In this document: positions 1 to 11,400 of the stretch, one piece after another
Layout of the letters: every line of letters begins with the position of its first letter
Position numbering within the stretch: the stretch's first letter is position 1
NCBI GenBank assembly: GCA_965552135.1
Contig: CBEVQY010000009.1
Span: 8,240 to 72,239, forward strand
DNA length: 64,000 nucleotides
Reading direction: 5' to 3'
Source: an uncultured bacterium
GTDB taxonomy: Bacteria > UBP14 > UBA6098 > B30-G16
Translations under genes and position numbers: made by a program
Notes under the pieces: generated by a model
What the model was told of the DNA's origin: nothing
The model's database searches: none
What the model saw: the letters and a program-made list of their open reading frames with translations, nothing else

Positions 1-2836
<2,836 letters not shown>

Positions 2837-2911
2837 CTTGCCTCCTTGGGCTCGACCCGTAACTTATGAATGTGGCGGAGCAATATAGAGTGGGGGAGCC
2901 TTCGTGTCAAC

Positions 2912-2931
2912 GGTGTTCCGAATTGCACACC
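2912..2931. promoter_or_regulatory. Imperfect inverted repeat GGTGTTC-N6-GCACACC, candidate upstream activator site
   Basis: The 7-bp arms match 6/7 as reverse complements. The repeat lies about 80 bp upstream of the -24 element at 3002-3003, the usual distance for a bacterial enhancer-binding protein site. Confidence 0.3.
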
Positions 2932-3000
2932 TTGTTCCTAAAGGGACGGGTTGTGCGTCCTTGCGCAGATGTTTTTCAATGACTTACGCGTCCTTTGAAC

Positions 3001-3016
3001 TGGCACGGAGGCTGCA
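3001..3016 (+). promoter_or_regulatory. Sigma-54 (-24/-12) promoter candidate
   Basis: cTGGCACGgaggCTGCA compared with consensus YTGGCACG-N4-TTGCW has exact GG-N10-GC spacing and one mismatch. It sits 37 nt upstream of the ATG at 3053. Confidence 0.6.
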
Positions 3017-3052
3017 ACACATATGATGGGAAGCCACAGTGGGGGCGCGGAG

Positions 3053-4240
3053 ATGAGATGGAGAGCCTTTACGATATTGGTTTTGGTTGGGGCGCTTTGG
3101 GCACAGCATCACACCACGAGCGCCACGAGCCCGGGCAGGGTTGAGCATCAACTCAGGCTCACCGACGAGAAGCTTTCGCAGGTTGAGGCTTTGGTTGATG
3201 AGTGCGCGCCGCTTGAGGCTCGGCAGCTTATCCAGCAGGCGAGGGCGCTCCAGCAGCAGGCGTGGGAGGAGTTTGAGGGTGGAAACCTCGTTCAGGCAAG
3301 GCTTCTTACCGAGCGGGTTCGCACCCTTCTGCAGAGCGCGAAGGCGGCGCTTGTGCGCAAGGCAACATCCGCCGAAAAGCGCGTTTGGCGCTTGCTTGAG
3401 CGCACCCGCCGCCTGGCTGAGCGACTCGGACCGAGGATCACCTCCTCCGGCGACGAGGAGGCGCGCGAAATCCTCGACAGAGCCCTCAGGCTCTGCAGCG
3501 ACGCCGAAGAGCGGCTCAACGCAGGCGACATAATAGTCGCCGGCAGATTCGCTCGTCAGGCGCAGGCGATGCTCAAAAAGCTTGCCGCCGTCGCGGTCGA
3601 CTCCGCCGACGAGGCTAAGGTCGCGGCGCTTATGGAGAGGGTGGAGGGGATGCTCGATAAAGTTCGGCGCGTAAACCCCGCCGCTCCCACCGACGCAGCT
3701 GAAAGCCTTCTGGAGGACGCCGAGAAAGCCTTCGAGAGAGGCGACTACAGGCTTTGCGCAAAACTTGCTCTGCAGGCTAAGCGGGCGCTTCAGAGTGCGC
3801 TTGGCTCTTCGGGCGCGGCAGGCGAGGATATCAGACGCCAGATAGAGCGCCTGCGGACAAGGCTCGACGGACTTTCGTCGAAGGATGCGGAAGCCGCCTC
3901 GCAGGTGGAGGCGTGGTTGTCCGACGCCGAGGCAGCCCTTGAGCGCGGCGACGTTGCGCAGGCAAAGGCGCTCCTTTCGAGCGCAAAGGACGCTGTGGCG
4001 CAGCTTGTGGGGTCATCCGAAGGTGGGCTTTCGCGCGAAGCCGTCGAGCGGGCGCTCGCGATGACCGACCGCCTCATCGAAAAGACCCATCCCAAAACCG
4101 ACGCGGGCAAAAAGCTTTTGCAGAAGGCGCAGAAGCTCCAGGAGGCGGCGAGGGAGGATCTTGAGGGCGGCAACCTCGCCGATGCGCTCGACAAAACCCG
4201 CGTCGCCCGCGAGCTCGCCAAAAGCGCAGCCGAAAAGTAA
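3053..4240 (+). CDS. Secreted alpha-helical repeat protein, function unknown
   Basis: Track ORF is 3023-4240. The start was moved to ATG 3053, which begins a signal-peptide-like MRWRAFTILVLVGALWA and lies downstream of the predicted sigma-54 transcription start. There are five modules of about 70-80 aa, each containing an E-x-G-[DN] turn: EGGN, NAGD, ERGD, ERGD, EGGN. Confidence 0.75.
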   Translation: MRWRAFTILVLVGALWAQHHTTSATSPGRVEHQLRLTDEKLSQVEALVDECAPLEARQLIQQARALQQQAWEEFEGGNLVQARLLTERVRTLLQSAKAALVRKATSAEKRVWRLLERTRRLAERLGPRITSSGDEEAREILDRALRLCSDAEERLNAGDIIVAGRFARQAQAMLKKLAAVAVDSADEAKVAALMERVEGMLDKVRRVNPAAPTDAAESLLEDAEKAFERGDYRLCAKLALQAKRALQSALGSSGAAGEDIRRQIERLRTRLDGLSSKDAEAASQVEAWLSDAEAALERGDVAQAKALLSSAKDAVAQLVGSSEGGLSREAVERALAMTDRLIEKTHPKTDAGKKLLQKAQKLQEAAREDLEGGNLADALDKTRVARELAKSAAEK

Positions 4241-4485
4241 CCGACAAAACCCCCGACGCAAGCGCGGTGCAGCGTGATAGGCTTGGCACGGATGCCTGTG
4301 CAGCGTATTTTGACGGTCCGCTGCAGAGCATCTCGGACTTGATTTGACGCCCCTGCGGCTGACGGATTGGCGCTCTCCACGTCGTTCGGCAGGCGAGTGC
4401 ACCGCTTGTCTCTTCGCCACCAACATCCCCCTTCGGCGCCAAGGCGGTCGGGGTAAAGGCGGCGCCAGGGGTTTTTCGTCGCGCG

Positions 4486-4501
4486 TGGCAATTTTTGTGC
4501 C
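4486..4501 (+). promoter_or_regulatory. Weaker sigma-54-like element TGGCAA-ttttt-GTGCC upstream of rpoN
   Basis: GG-N10-GC spacing is correct, but there are three departures from the TGGCAC-N5-TTGCA consensus. It overlaps the recurrent GGCAATTTTTG motif. Confidence 0.3.
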
Positions 4502-4508
4502 GAAGGGC

Positions 4509-4537
4509 TTGAAGTCCGCCGCATATGTCGATATAAT
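4509..4537 (+). promoter_or_regulatory. Sigma-70-type promoter candidate TTGAAG-N17-TATAAT
   Basis: The -10 is a perfect TATAAT at 4532-4537 and the -35 is TTGAAG at 4509-4514, with a 17-nt spacer. The -10 ends 7 nt before the rpoN ATG (4545), which would make the mRNA leaderless. Confidence 0.4.
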
Positions 4538-4544
4538 AAACTTG

Positions 4545-5939
4545 ATGGTTGAGCTCAGGCTCATACAGCGCCCCGAGCTGCGGCAGATCCTCACGCCGAA
4601 GCTTATCCAAACCCTAAAGCTTTTGCTTTTGCCCAAGGTTGAGCTTGAGGCGCAGCTTCAGCAGGAGCTTATGGAGAACCCGATGCTCGAGGTTACCAGT
4701 CGCGAGCAGGAGCAGAATCCCGCCGAGGTTGAGGAGGGCATACGCGAGTGGCGCAAGCTTTTGGACGGCTTGCGGCTCACGTCGGTTCAGCTTGAGGAGC
4801 GCGAGCCCGACGCCGAACACCCGGATCCGCTCACCTTCACGCGGTACGAGAAAACCCTCTACGAAAGCCTGAGCGAACAGCTTGCTGTAGCTGCACCCAA
4901 CGAACGGATAAAGGCGATAGGCGATTTCATAATAGGCAGCCTCGACGACAGGGGATTTTTGCCCCTAAGCGTTGAGGAGATAGCCAGGGAGCTTGCCCGC
5001 CTCGGCGAGATAGACCCTCCCCCTTCGCCCGAGGAGGTGGAGAAGGCACTTAGGGTCGTGCAGTCCCTTTCGCCCCCTGGGATAGCGGCGCGGGACATAA
5101 GGGAGTCGTTCCTCATCCAGCTCAGGGACCTTGGGCTTGAGGACAGCCTGGCTTACATCATAGTTCGCGACCATTTTTCAAACCTCCTGCGCAAAAACGT
5201 AATCCAGCTTGCCGACAGCCTCGGCGTTTCGGAGGAGGAGGTGGAGCACGCCTTAGAGGTCCTCTCGCACCTAACGCTTTTCCCCGCCGAGGGGCGCGGA
5301 GTGACCGCAACCGCCGTCGAGCCAGACCTCATAGTCTACAAGGACGAGAGCGGCAGGTGGCAGATCATCTACAACGACGAAAACATCCCCGAGCTTACGA
5401 TAAACAAGCATTACCTAAAGCTTTTGCGCAGCTCCGAGGACCTCAATCCCGAGGCGAAGAAGTTTTTGCTCCAAAAGCTTGAGTCGGCGCGCTGGTGGAT
5501 AGACGCGCTGAGGCAAAGGCGCGAGACGCTTGTGGCGACTATGCGGGCGATACTCAAGTTTCAGCGCGACTTCTTCGAGGAAGGACCCGAAAATATAAAG
5601 CCCCTCACGATGGAGACCGTTGCCAACGAGGTCGGCGTTCATCCCGCCACCATATCCCGCGTCGTCAGGGATAAATACGTCCTCACGCCCTACGGCACCT
5701 TCCCGATGAGGCGGTTCTTCACCACGGGTATCGCCGCCAAGGGGGGCGGTCAGGTCGCGACCGAAGCCGTGAAGCGCCGCATAAGGGAGATAATCGACTC
5801 CGAGGACAAGTCGAAGCCCTACTCTGATCAGAAGATAGCCGAAATCCTCCAAAGCGAAGGGATTCAAATAGCCCGCCGCACGGTGGCGAAATACCGCGAG
5901 CAGATGGGAATACTTCCCGCAAGGAGGCGCAAGAGGTGA
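4545..5939 (+). CDS. rpoN: RNA polymerase sigma-54 factor
   Basis: Region I is MVELRLIQRPELRQILTPKLIQTLKLLLLP and the C-terminal RpoN box is ARRTVAKYRE. The track start (TTG 4344) adds a 67-aa R/G-rich extension not expected in sigma-54, so the start was moved to ATG 4545. Confidence 0.93.
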   Translation: MVELRLIQRPELRQILTPKLIQTLKLLLLPKVELEAQLQQELMENPMLEVTSREQEQNPAEVEEGIREWRKLLDGLRLTSVQLEEREPDAEHPDPLTFTRYEKTLYESLSEQLAVAAPNERIKAIGDFIIGSLDDRGFLPLSVEEIARELARLGEIDPPPSPEEVEKALRVVQSLSPPGIAARDIRESFLIQLRDLGLEDSLAYIIVRDHFSNLLRKNVIQLADSLGVSEEEVEHALEVLSHLTLFPAEGRGVTATAVEPDLIVYKDESGRWQIIYNDENIPELTINKHYLKLLRSSEDLNPEAKKFLLQKLESARWWIDALRQRRETLVATMRAILKFQRDFFEEGPENIKPLTMETVANEVGVHPATISRVVRDKYVLTPYGTFPMRRFFTTGIAAKGGGQVATEAVKRRIREIIDSEDKSKPYSDQKIAEILQSEGIQIARRTVAKYREQMGILPARRRKR

Positions 5940-6484
5940 CAGAGCTTAGCCTGCCCGTCCAGCACGAAGGAAGCTTTGTCGTCGTCTATCCCGAAAGGCT
6001 TTCGAGGGAGGTCGCGAAGCTTAAAAGGATCGTCTTCGGCACCGTGTTCGTCATACCGCTTGTGGTGCTTGGCGTGGTCGTTGTTCTGGTGCCCTTCCAG
6101 AGCAAAAGCCTCGCCCTTAGGATCGTACTTTTCATCCTGGCTTCGGATGTCCTGGCTGCGGTTATGATCACGCAGGTTATGTGGTGGTTTTTCCCCGTGG
6201 CGTTCGACCCCGTGGGTAAAAGGCAGATCATGCTTGTTCCCGTTTTCCGCCGCCGCAGGGACCTCGCCCAACTGAGGGATGTTTTCGTCTGCGAGCGCGA
6301 GGTTCGAACGCGCAACGGCATCGAGCGCTTCCTCGAACTCGGAGGAAGGCTCCCCAGCGGAAAGGAGATCACGCTCCTTCGCCTGCCCACGTCGACCGAC
6401 AGGAAGCTCTTTGTGTCGGTTGCCCGTCAGGTCGCAGGCGAAATGGGCTGGAGGCTTTCGGATAAGCTTGTGCAGCCCCAATAG
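5936..6484 (+). CDS. Hypothetical membrane protein
   Basis: 182-aa ORF. Its GTG start overlaps the rpoN stop (GTGA). There are two or three hydrophobic helices (IVFGTVFVIPLVVLGVVVVLVPF, LRIVLFILASDVLAAVMITQVMWWFF). I recognise no family. Confidence 0.6.
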   Translation: MTELSLPVQHEGSFVVVYPERLSREVAKLKRIVFGTVFVIPLVVLGVVVVLVPFQSKSLALRIVLFILASDVLAAVMITQVMWWFFPVAFDPVGKRQIMLVPVFRRRRDLAQLRDVFVCEREVRTRNGIERFLELGGRLPSGKEITLLRLPTSTDRKLFVSVARQVAGEMGWRLSDKLVQPQ

Positions 6485-6640
6485 GCTTTGGGCGGGGTTG
6501 CCTTTGTCGGTCGATGGGCGCCCACGGGTCTTTCGAAAGAGCCGCCCCTCCCCGGGCTGTGGCGAGCGCAAGGGTGAGAGCCAGCTCCTGCGGTCAGCTC
6601 TTGAGAGATTTCAAGCTCAAAAGCCAGGACCCCCCACAGG

Positions 6641-8326
6641 TCAGGTTTCGTCGATCTGGCGCACGGTGAGGGACCTCATCCTGTTTATGGCAGCGGCAAG
6701 CTCGAACCTTCTGAACTGCGCCCAGTCCGGCGGGACGACGCCCCCTGTGGCAAGAACCGAAAGCCCCCCTTCGGATACAGCGTCATCGACAGCGTCCAGA
6801 AGCTGCGAAAGCGACTTCCTCCCAACAAGCCGGGACATATACGCCATAGCCTTCCCTATGGCGCGCATCTGCGCCGGAAGGATGATCTGCTCAACGCCCC
6901 AAAGCTCTATCTCCTGCCTGCCGAAGATAAGGGTTTTGTCGCGGACCTTTATGTTTTCTTTCCCAGGAGCTTTTTCGGGCGAGAACCCTTTGGGCAGGAC
7001 TATCCTTTGGCGCGGTGGTCTCATAGGCGGCGGAACCCTTGACCTGTGCGATGGGTACTTCGCCACGACCTCGCGGGCGCGCGCAGTCGCGTCGACGGGA
7101 ACGTAGTTCTCCATAAGGATCACCGTATCAGCCACGTCGAGGTACTCGCCTGCGCCGCCAACGGCTATGACAACCGAGACGCCGAACCTCTCCCTAAGCT
7201 CCCTGACCCTGTCGACGAGGGGGACGATGGGCTCCTTCGCGATAAGCTCGACCATTCGGTCGTCCTTTATCATGAAATTTGTTGCCGTTGTGTCCTCGTC
7301 GAATAGGAGGACTTTAGCCCCTGCCTCGAGCGCTTCGGCGAGCGACGCCGCCACCGAAGTGGAGCCCGAGGCGTTTTCGGTGGAGAAGTCGGCTGTGTCC
7401 TTCTGCGACGGCAGGTCGGAGATAAAGGCGGATATGTCCACGCTGCGGGCGCTGCGACCGTCCTCGGAGCGGATCTTCACCGCATCCGCGCGCGTTATGA
7501 CCCACTCGCGACCGTCGCCGGGAATGTGATTGTACACGCCGAACTGGAGCGCTTCAAGCAGAGTCGTCTTCCCGTGGTACCCGCCGCCGACTATAAGCGT
7601 CGTCCCCTCGGGGATGCCCATGCCCGAAAGCCTCCGCCCCGAAGGAAGGGTGACTTCGACCTTAAGCGTTTCGGGCGATTTAAACGGCACGCCGCCCTCG
7701 AGGGGTTTGTCGGATACGCCTGATCTGCGCGGAAGCATCGCTCCGTCGGCAACGAAGGCGATAAGTCCACGCGAAGGCAGCATGCGGCGAAGGGCGTTTT
7801 GATCTCGGTAGAGGGCGATGAAGTCGCGAACCTCCTCCAGCCGCATCGCCTTCGCGAAAAGGGACGAGCGAGCCAGGGCGGGGATGTCCATAAAGAACAT
7901 CTCGTACGCTGCGTGTCCGTCTATCGTTCTTCCCTGTGCCGGCAGCCCGACGAAGAGCCTGGCGGTGATCCTCCCGCCGTCGACCTCGACCGCGGTCCGC
8001 ATCAGGATTACCTGCCCGGGGTTTGGGACGCTGATTTCGCCGCTGTGCCCCGTGCCCCTGTGGCGGCTGTGCCTCCTCGCCTGAGCCCACACGCAGCGCG
8101 CAAGGTAGTCGCAAAGCGCAACACTGCTTTCCCCCTCAAGCCACTCCGGCGGGAAACCGTGTTCCGAAACGACCAGGCGCACAACCGAGGGCGACGCAAA
8201 GGGATCGCCCTGTACGCGGTCGACGTAAAGCTCGAAGTCGGGGAAGACGTATCGCCCCCTAAGCTCCTTGTACGCCTTGTAGCCCCGCCTGTCTAAGCGC
8301 TCAAGCTTTTGGCGCAGGGTGTTCAT
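6641..8326 (-). CDS. ABC-class ATPase of unknown function (ABC_ATPase family)
   Basis: Sequence MNTLRQKLERLDRRGYKAYKELRGRYVFPDFELYVDRVQGDPFASPS with P-loop GGGYHGKTTLL matches my memory of the 'predicted ATPase of the ABC class' family. The start was moved from 8491 to ATG 8326. Confidence 0.8.
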   Translation of the reverse strand: MNTLRQKLERLDRRGYKAYKELRGRYVFPDFELYVDRVQGDPFASPSVVRLVVSEHGFPPEWLEGESSVALCDYLARCVWAQARRHSRHRGTGHSGEISVPNPGQVILMRTAVEVDGGRITARLFVGLPAQGRTIDGHAAYEMFFMDIPALARSSLFAKAMRLEEVRDFIALYRDQNALRRMLPSRGLIAFVADGAMLPRRSGVSDKPLEGGVPFKSPETLKVEVTLPSGRRLSGMGIPEGTTLIVGGGYHGKTTLLEALQFGVYNHIPGDGREWVITRADAVKIRSEDGRSARSVDISAFISDLPSQKDTADFSTENASGSTSVAASLAEALEAGAKVLLFDEDTTATNFMIKDDRMVELIAKEPIVPLVDRVRELRERFGVSVVIAVGGAGEYLDVADTVILMENYVPVDATARAREVVAKYPSHRSRVPPPMRPPRQRIVLPKGFSPEKAPGKENIKVRDKTLIFGRQEIELWGVEQIILPAQMRAIGKAMAYMSRLVGRKSLSQLLDAVDDAVSEGGLSVLATGGVVPPDWAQFRRFELAAAINRMRSLTVRQIDET

Positions 8327-8424
8327 CGCCTCAAAAGATTTCGAATTAGGCTTGTGCGCGCAAGGGGGTTTTCGGAGATTTTCGCTTGTCTTGCCAGGCG
8401 GCGGTTGTTGCTTATCATAAGGCG

Positions 8425-11400
8425 ATGCCGCGTTTTGCGCTAAAAGCCCTGATCCTATTCTTCTGTGCGTCTTCGCTTTCTGCCGAGCCAATAAGGCTTT
8501 TGCACGCCGACCATCTGGAGAGCATTTCGGGCGGTCGGGTCGTTTTGCTTTCGGGGTCGGTTCGGTTGAAGCACCGCGGGAGGCTCCTGGAGAGCAGCTT
8601 TGCGAGGTGGGACAGGCGCACGGGGGTCGTGACGTTCGAGGGCGACGTGGTGATAATCGACACCTCTTACGTCATCTCCGCCGACGTCGTCGTCTACTTT
8701 CGCCGCGACGAGCGGGCAAGGGCGCGGGGGAACATAGAGTTTGTCGCCGCAGACAGCCTGCTGCGCGTTTGGGGCGGGGTTGGCTTCTACGACGCGAAGG
8801 ATGGGGTCGTTGTCGTCGGCGACGAACCACGCCTCGAGAAGATCGACACAGCCGGCGCCAAGCTCGAGCTTGAGGCTGTGAGACTCGTCCACAGGATAGA
8901 TGAGGGTGTGTCGTTCGCGGTGGATTCTGTGTCGGCAACGCTTTACCCCGCCGAGCCGTCCGGAGCGCCCATCAAGCTCTTTTGCGACTCCCTCGAGTAC
9001 CACCGCGAAGGCGACTACATCGTAGCCTACGGCGACGTCGTTCTCGTGCAGGATTCGCTTGTCCTCAGGGCTCCCTTGGGCGTGCTTTGGCGTTCGCGCG
9101 GCGAAGCCCTGCTGCGCGGAGGAGTCGTCGTGTCCGATCCTCACTGGACGCTTTGGTCCGACTCCCTTTGGGTCAAGCTTTCGGGCGGCGAGGTCACCGA
9201 GGCGACTGCGCTGGGCGAACCCCGCGGCAGATGGCACGACCCCGCAGATTCACTCCGCCTCACGCAGGACAGCCGATTCGCCGCCGACAGGATGGTGTTC
9301 AGGTTCTCCGGTGGGCGCGTTGTCAGAGCTGATCTTGTGGGGCAGGCGATCGTCGACTACTTCCCCGCGCCCGCGGATACGTCAACCCTGGAGTACCACC
9401 ACACAAGCGGCGACTCCGTGGTCGCGTTCCTTTCGGAGGGCAGAATCGATTCTGTGGAGGTCTGGGGTGGCGTTTTGGGGAGGTCGTATCGGACGGAGCG
9501 CGGGAGGCGCGACTCGATCATCTACAGCGGCGAGGTTATGGGCATAGCCGCGGCAAAGCGCGTCCACCTGTGCCAGAACGGCTACGTCCGCTACGGAACG
9601 CTGGAGCTTTGGGCGGGCAGGATAGATTTCGACGGCGAAAGGAAGGTGCTTTTTGCCCAGCCCATCGCCTCCGCCGACACCGTTCGGGAGCTACCCTTCC
9701 TCCGCGACGGGAAGGACTCCCTCCGCGCTCAGGCGCTGCAGTACAACATCGAAAGCAAAAGGGGAAGGCTCTTCTACGGGCAGACCGCGGCGGAGAAAGG
9801 TTTTTTCTCCGGAGAGAGGGTCACTAAAGCGCGGGGCGATACGTTCTACATACAGAACGCCAGCTTCACGACCTGCGACAGAAAGCCGCCACACTATCGC
9901 TTCTTCACGCCAAAGCTGAAGCTTATCCCACACGATAAGGCTATAGTTCGCCCGATGTGGCTTCTGGTGGGCAGGGTCCCCGTCTTTTGGCTGCCGTTTT
10001 TTGTCTTTTCCGTGAAGAAGGAGCGCCATTCCGGGTTGCTCTCGGTGGACGTCGGAAAGTTCCAGAAGGGGGAACGATTTATAAGGAACCTCGGCTACTA
10101 CTGGGCGCCCAACGACTACTTCGACATCTACGCCGCCCTCGATATAGACGAGGGCGAGGGGGTTTACATAAAGGGGGAGGCGAGGTATGCGCTCAGGTAT
10201 TACCTGAGCGGGAGCATCTACGGCTCGTACAAGCTTTCCAGCAGGCGGGACTGGGATGAGGGTGTTTCGGTGGCTCGGCGCTGGGAGGTGAGGGGCAGCC
10301 ACAACCAAAACCTCGGCGAGAGGGCAAAGCTTTCGGCAAACGTGTCTTTAGTAAGCGACGCCGATTACCTCGCCGAAACCTATGAGGAGCCCGAAAAGCG
10401 CATGGACCGCAAGCTCCGCTCCTGGGCAGCCTTCTCGCAGGGGTTCGACTGGGGAAGTTTTAACCTGTCGGTTGACAGAACCGACGATCTCGATCAAAAA
10501 ACGGTGACCGTGTATATGCCCAAGCTCTCGCTGCGGAAGAACTCCGGAAAGCTGTTCGGAGAGGGGGAGAGATGGTATAACAAGATTTACCTCTCCTTTT
10601 CGTCCGATGGGGTGGGTTATACATATATCGATTCGCTTGATTCGGTGGATCGTCACAGCGGCGTTGATTTCGACGCAAGGCTTTCCCTTTCGCACAGCAT
10701 AGGGGATTACGTCACCCTTTCGCCCGCGCTTTCCGTTTCGGGGATAGTGCTCGACCGCGGCACGGACGGCTCAAAGTTCCCCGCTATGGGGACTTATTCC
10801 GTCTCGGCGGGCGCGGCAACGGACCTGTACGGGAACATCCCCCTGGGCGTGTTCGGCGTTAGGTACCTTCATCATATAGTCTCCCCGTCGCTTAGCTTTT
10901 CGTACAGCCCCGAGGCGCGCGGGAGAGAGCGGTTTTACTCCGTAAGCGGTCTTTCGGTGCCCTCCGGAAGGAGGAGCGCCTCGCTGCGCATCGCCGTAGA
11001 TCAACAGTTCGGGCTCAAGATCGCCGACAGCTTGGGCAACATCACCAAGGTCCATCTCTTCAGCCTGAGCACAGGCTTTTCGTACGATTTCGTTGCGGAG
11101 GGCAGAAGTTTTTCCGACATAACCACGACGCTGCGCGCAAAGCCGGCAAGCTGGCTCGAGACCACAGGCAGCATGACACACACGCTCTACAGCGGCTCCG
11201 AGAACACACCCTCGGGATTGTACTTAGCCTCTGTGCAGCTTAGCGCATCGGCGCGACACAGGTTCTCGATCCCCTTCCCGAACGACCCCCGAGAGGCGGA
11301 AATCGCGGTGAAATACTATATTTCACAGAATATAAAAAGCGGCTCGCTTACACACTGGCTCCGCACGGCAATTAAGGGCTATGCAACCCCCAAATGGCGC

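Noticed and set aside
3087-3533. 148-aa alternative-frame ORF inside the helical-repeat gene
   Set aside because: It is an R/S/P-rich overlapping frame. The main frame has a signal peptide and clear repeat structure.
4284-4302. TGGCACGGATGCCTGTGCA as a sigma-54 promoter
   Set aside because: The -24 half is perfect, but the candidate GC dinucleotides lie 7 and 13 nt after GG instead of the required 10. The spacing is incompatible.
4344-4544. N-terminal extensions in ORF-track starts. Example: rpoN from 4344. Others: 8491, 8386, 15350, 21098, 21053, 21858, 38153, 39090, 41153, 47617, 50850, 52465 and 55088
   Set aside because: The extensions are R/G/P-rich, overlap upstream genes or promoters, and are followed by an internal ATG or GTG. 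That internal start gives the family-typical N-terminus, often with a GGAG-type RBS. The shorter starts were used.
6528-6539. 12-nt perfect palindrome TCTTTCGAAAGA in the convergent gap after the membrane-protein gene
   Set aside because: It is short, single-copy and has no flanking structure or T-tract. The resemblance to CTTTCGAAGG near 38850 rests only on the TTCGAA core. It could be chance.
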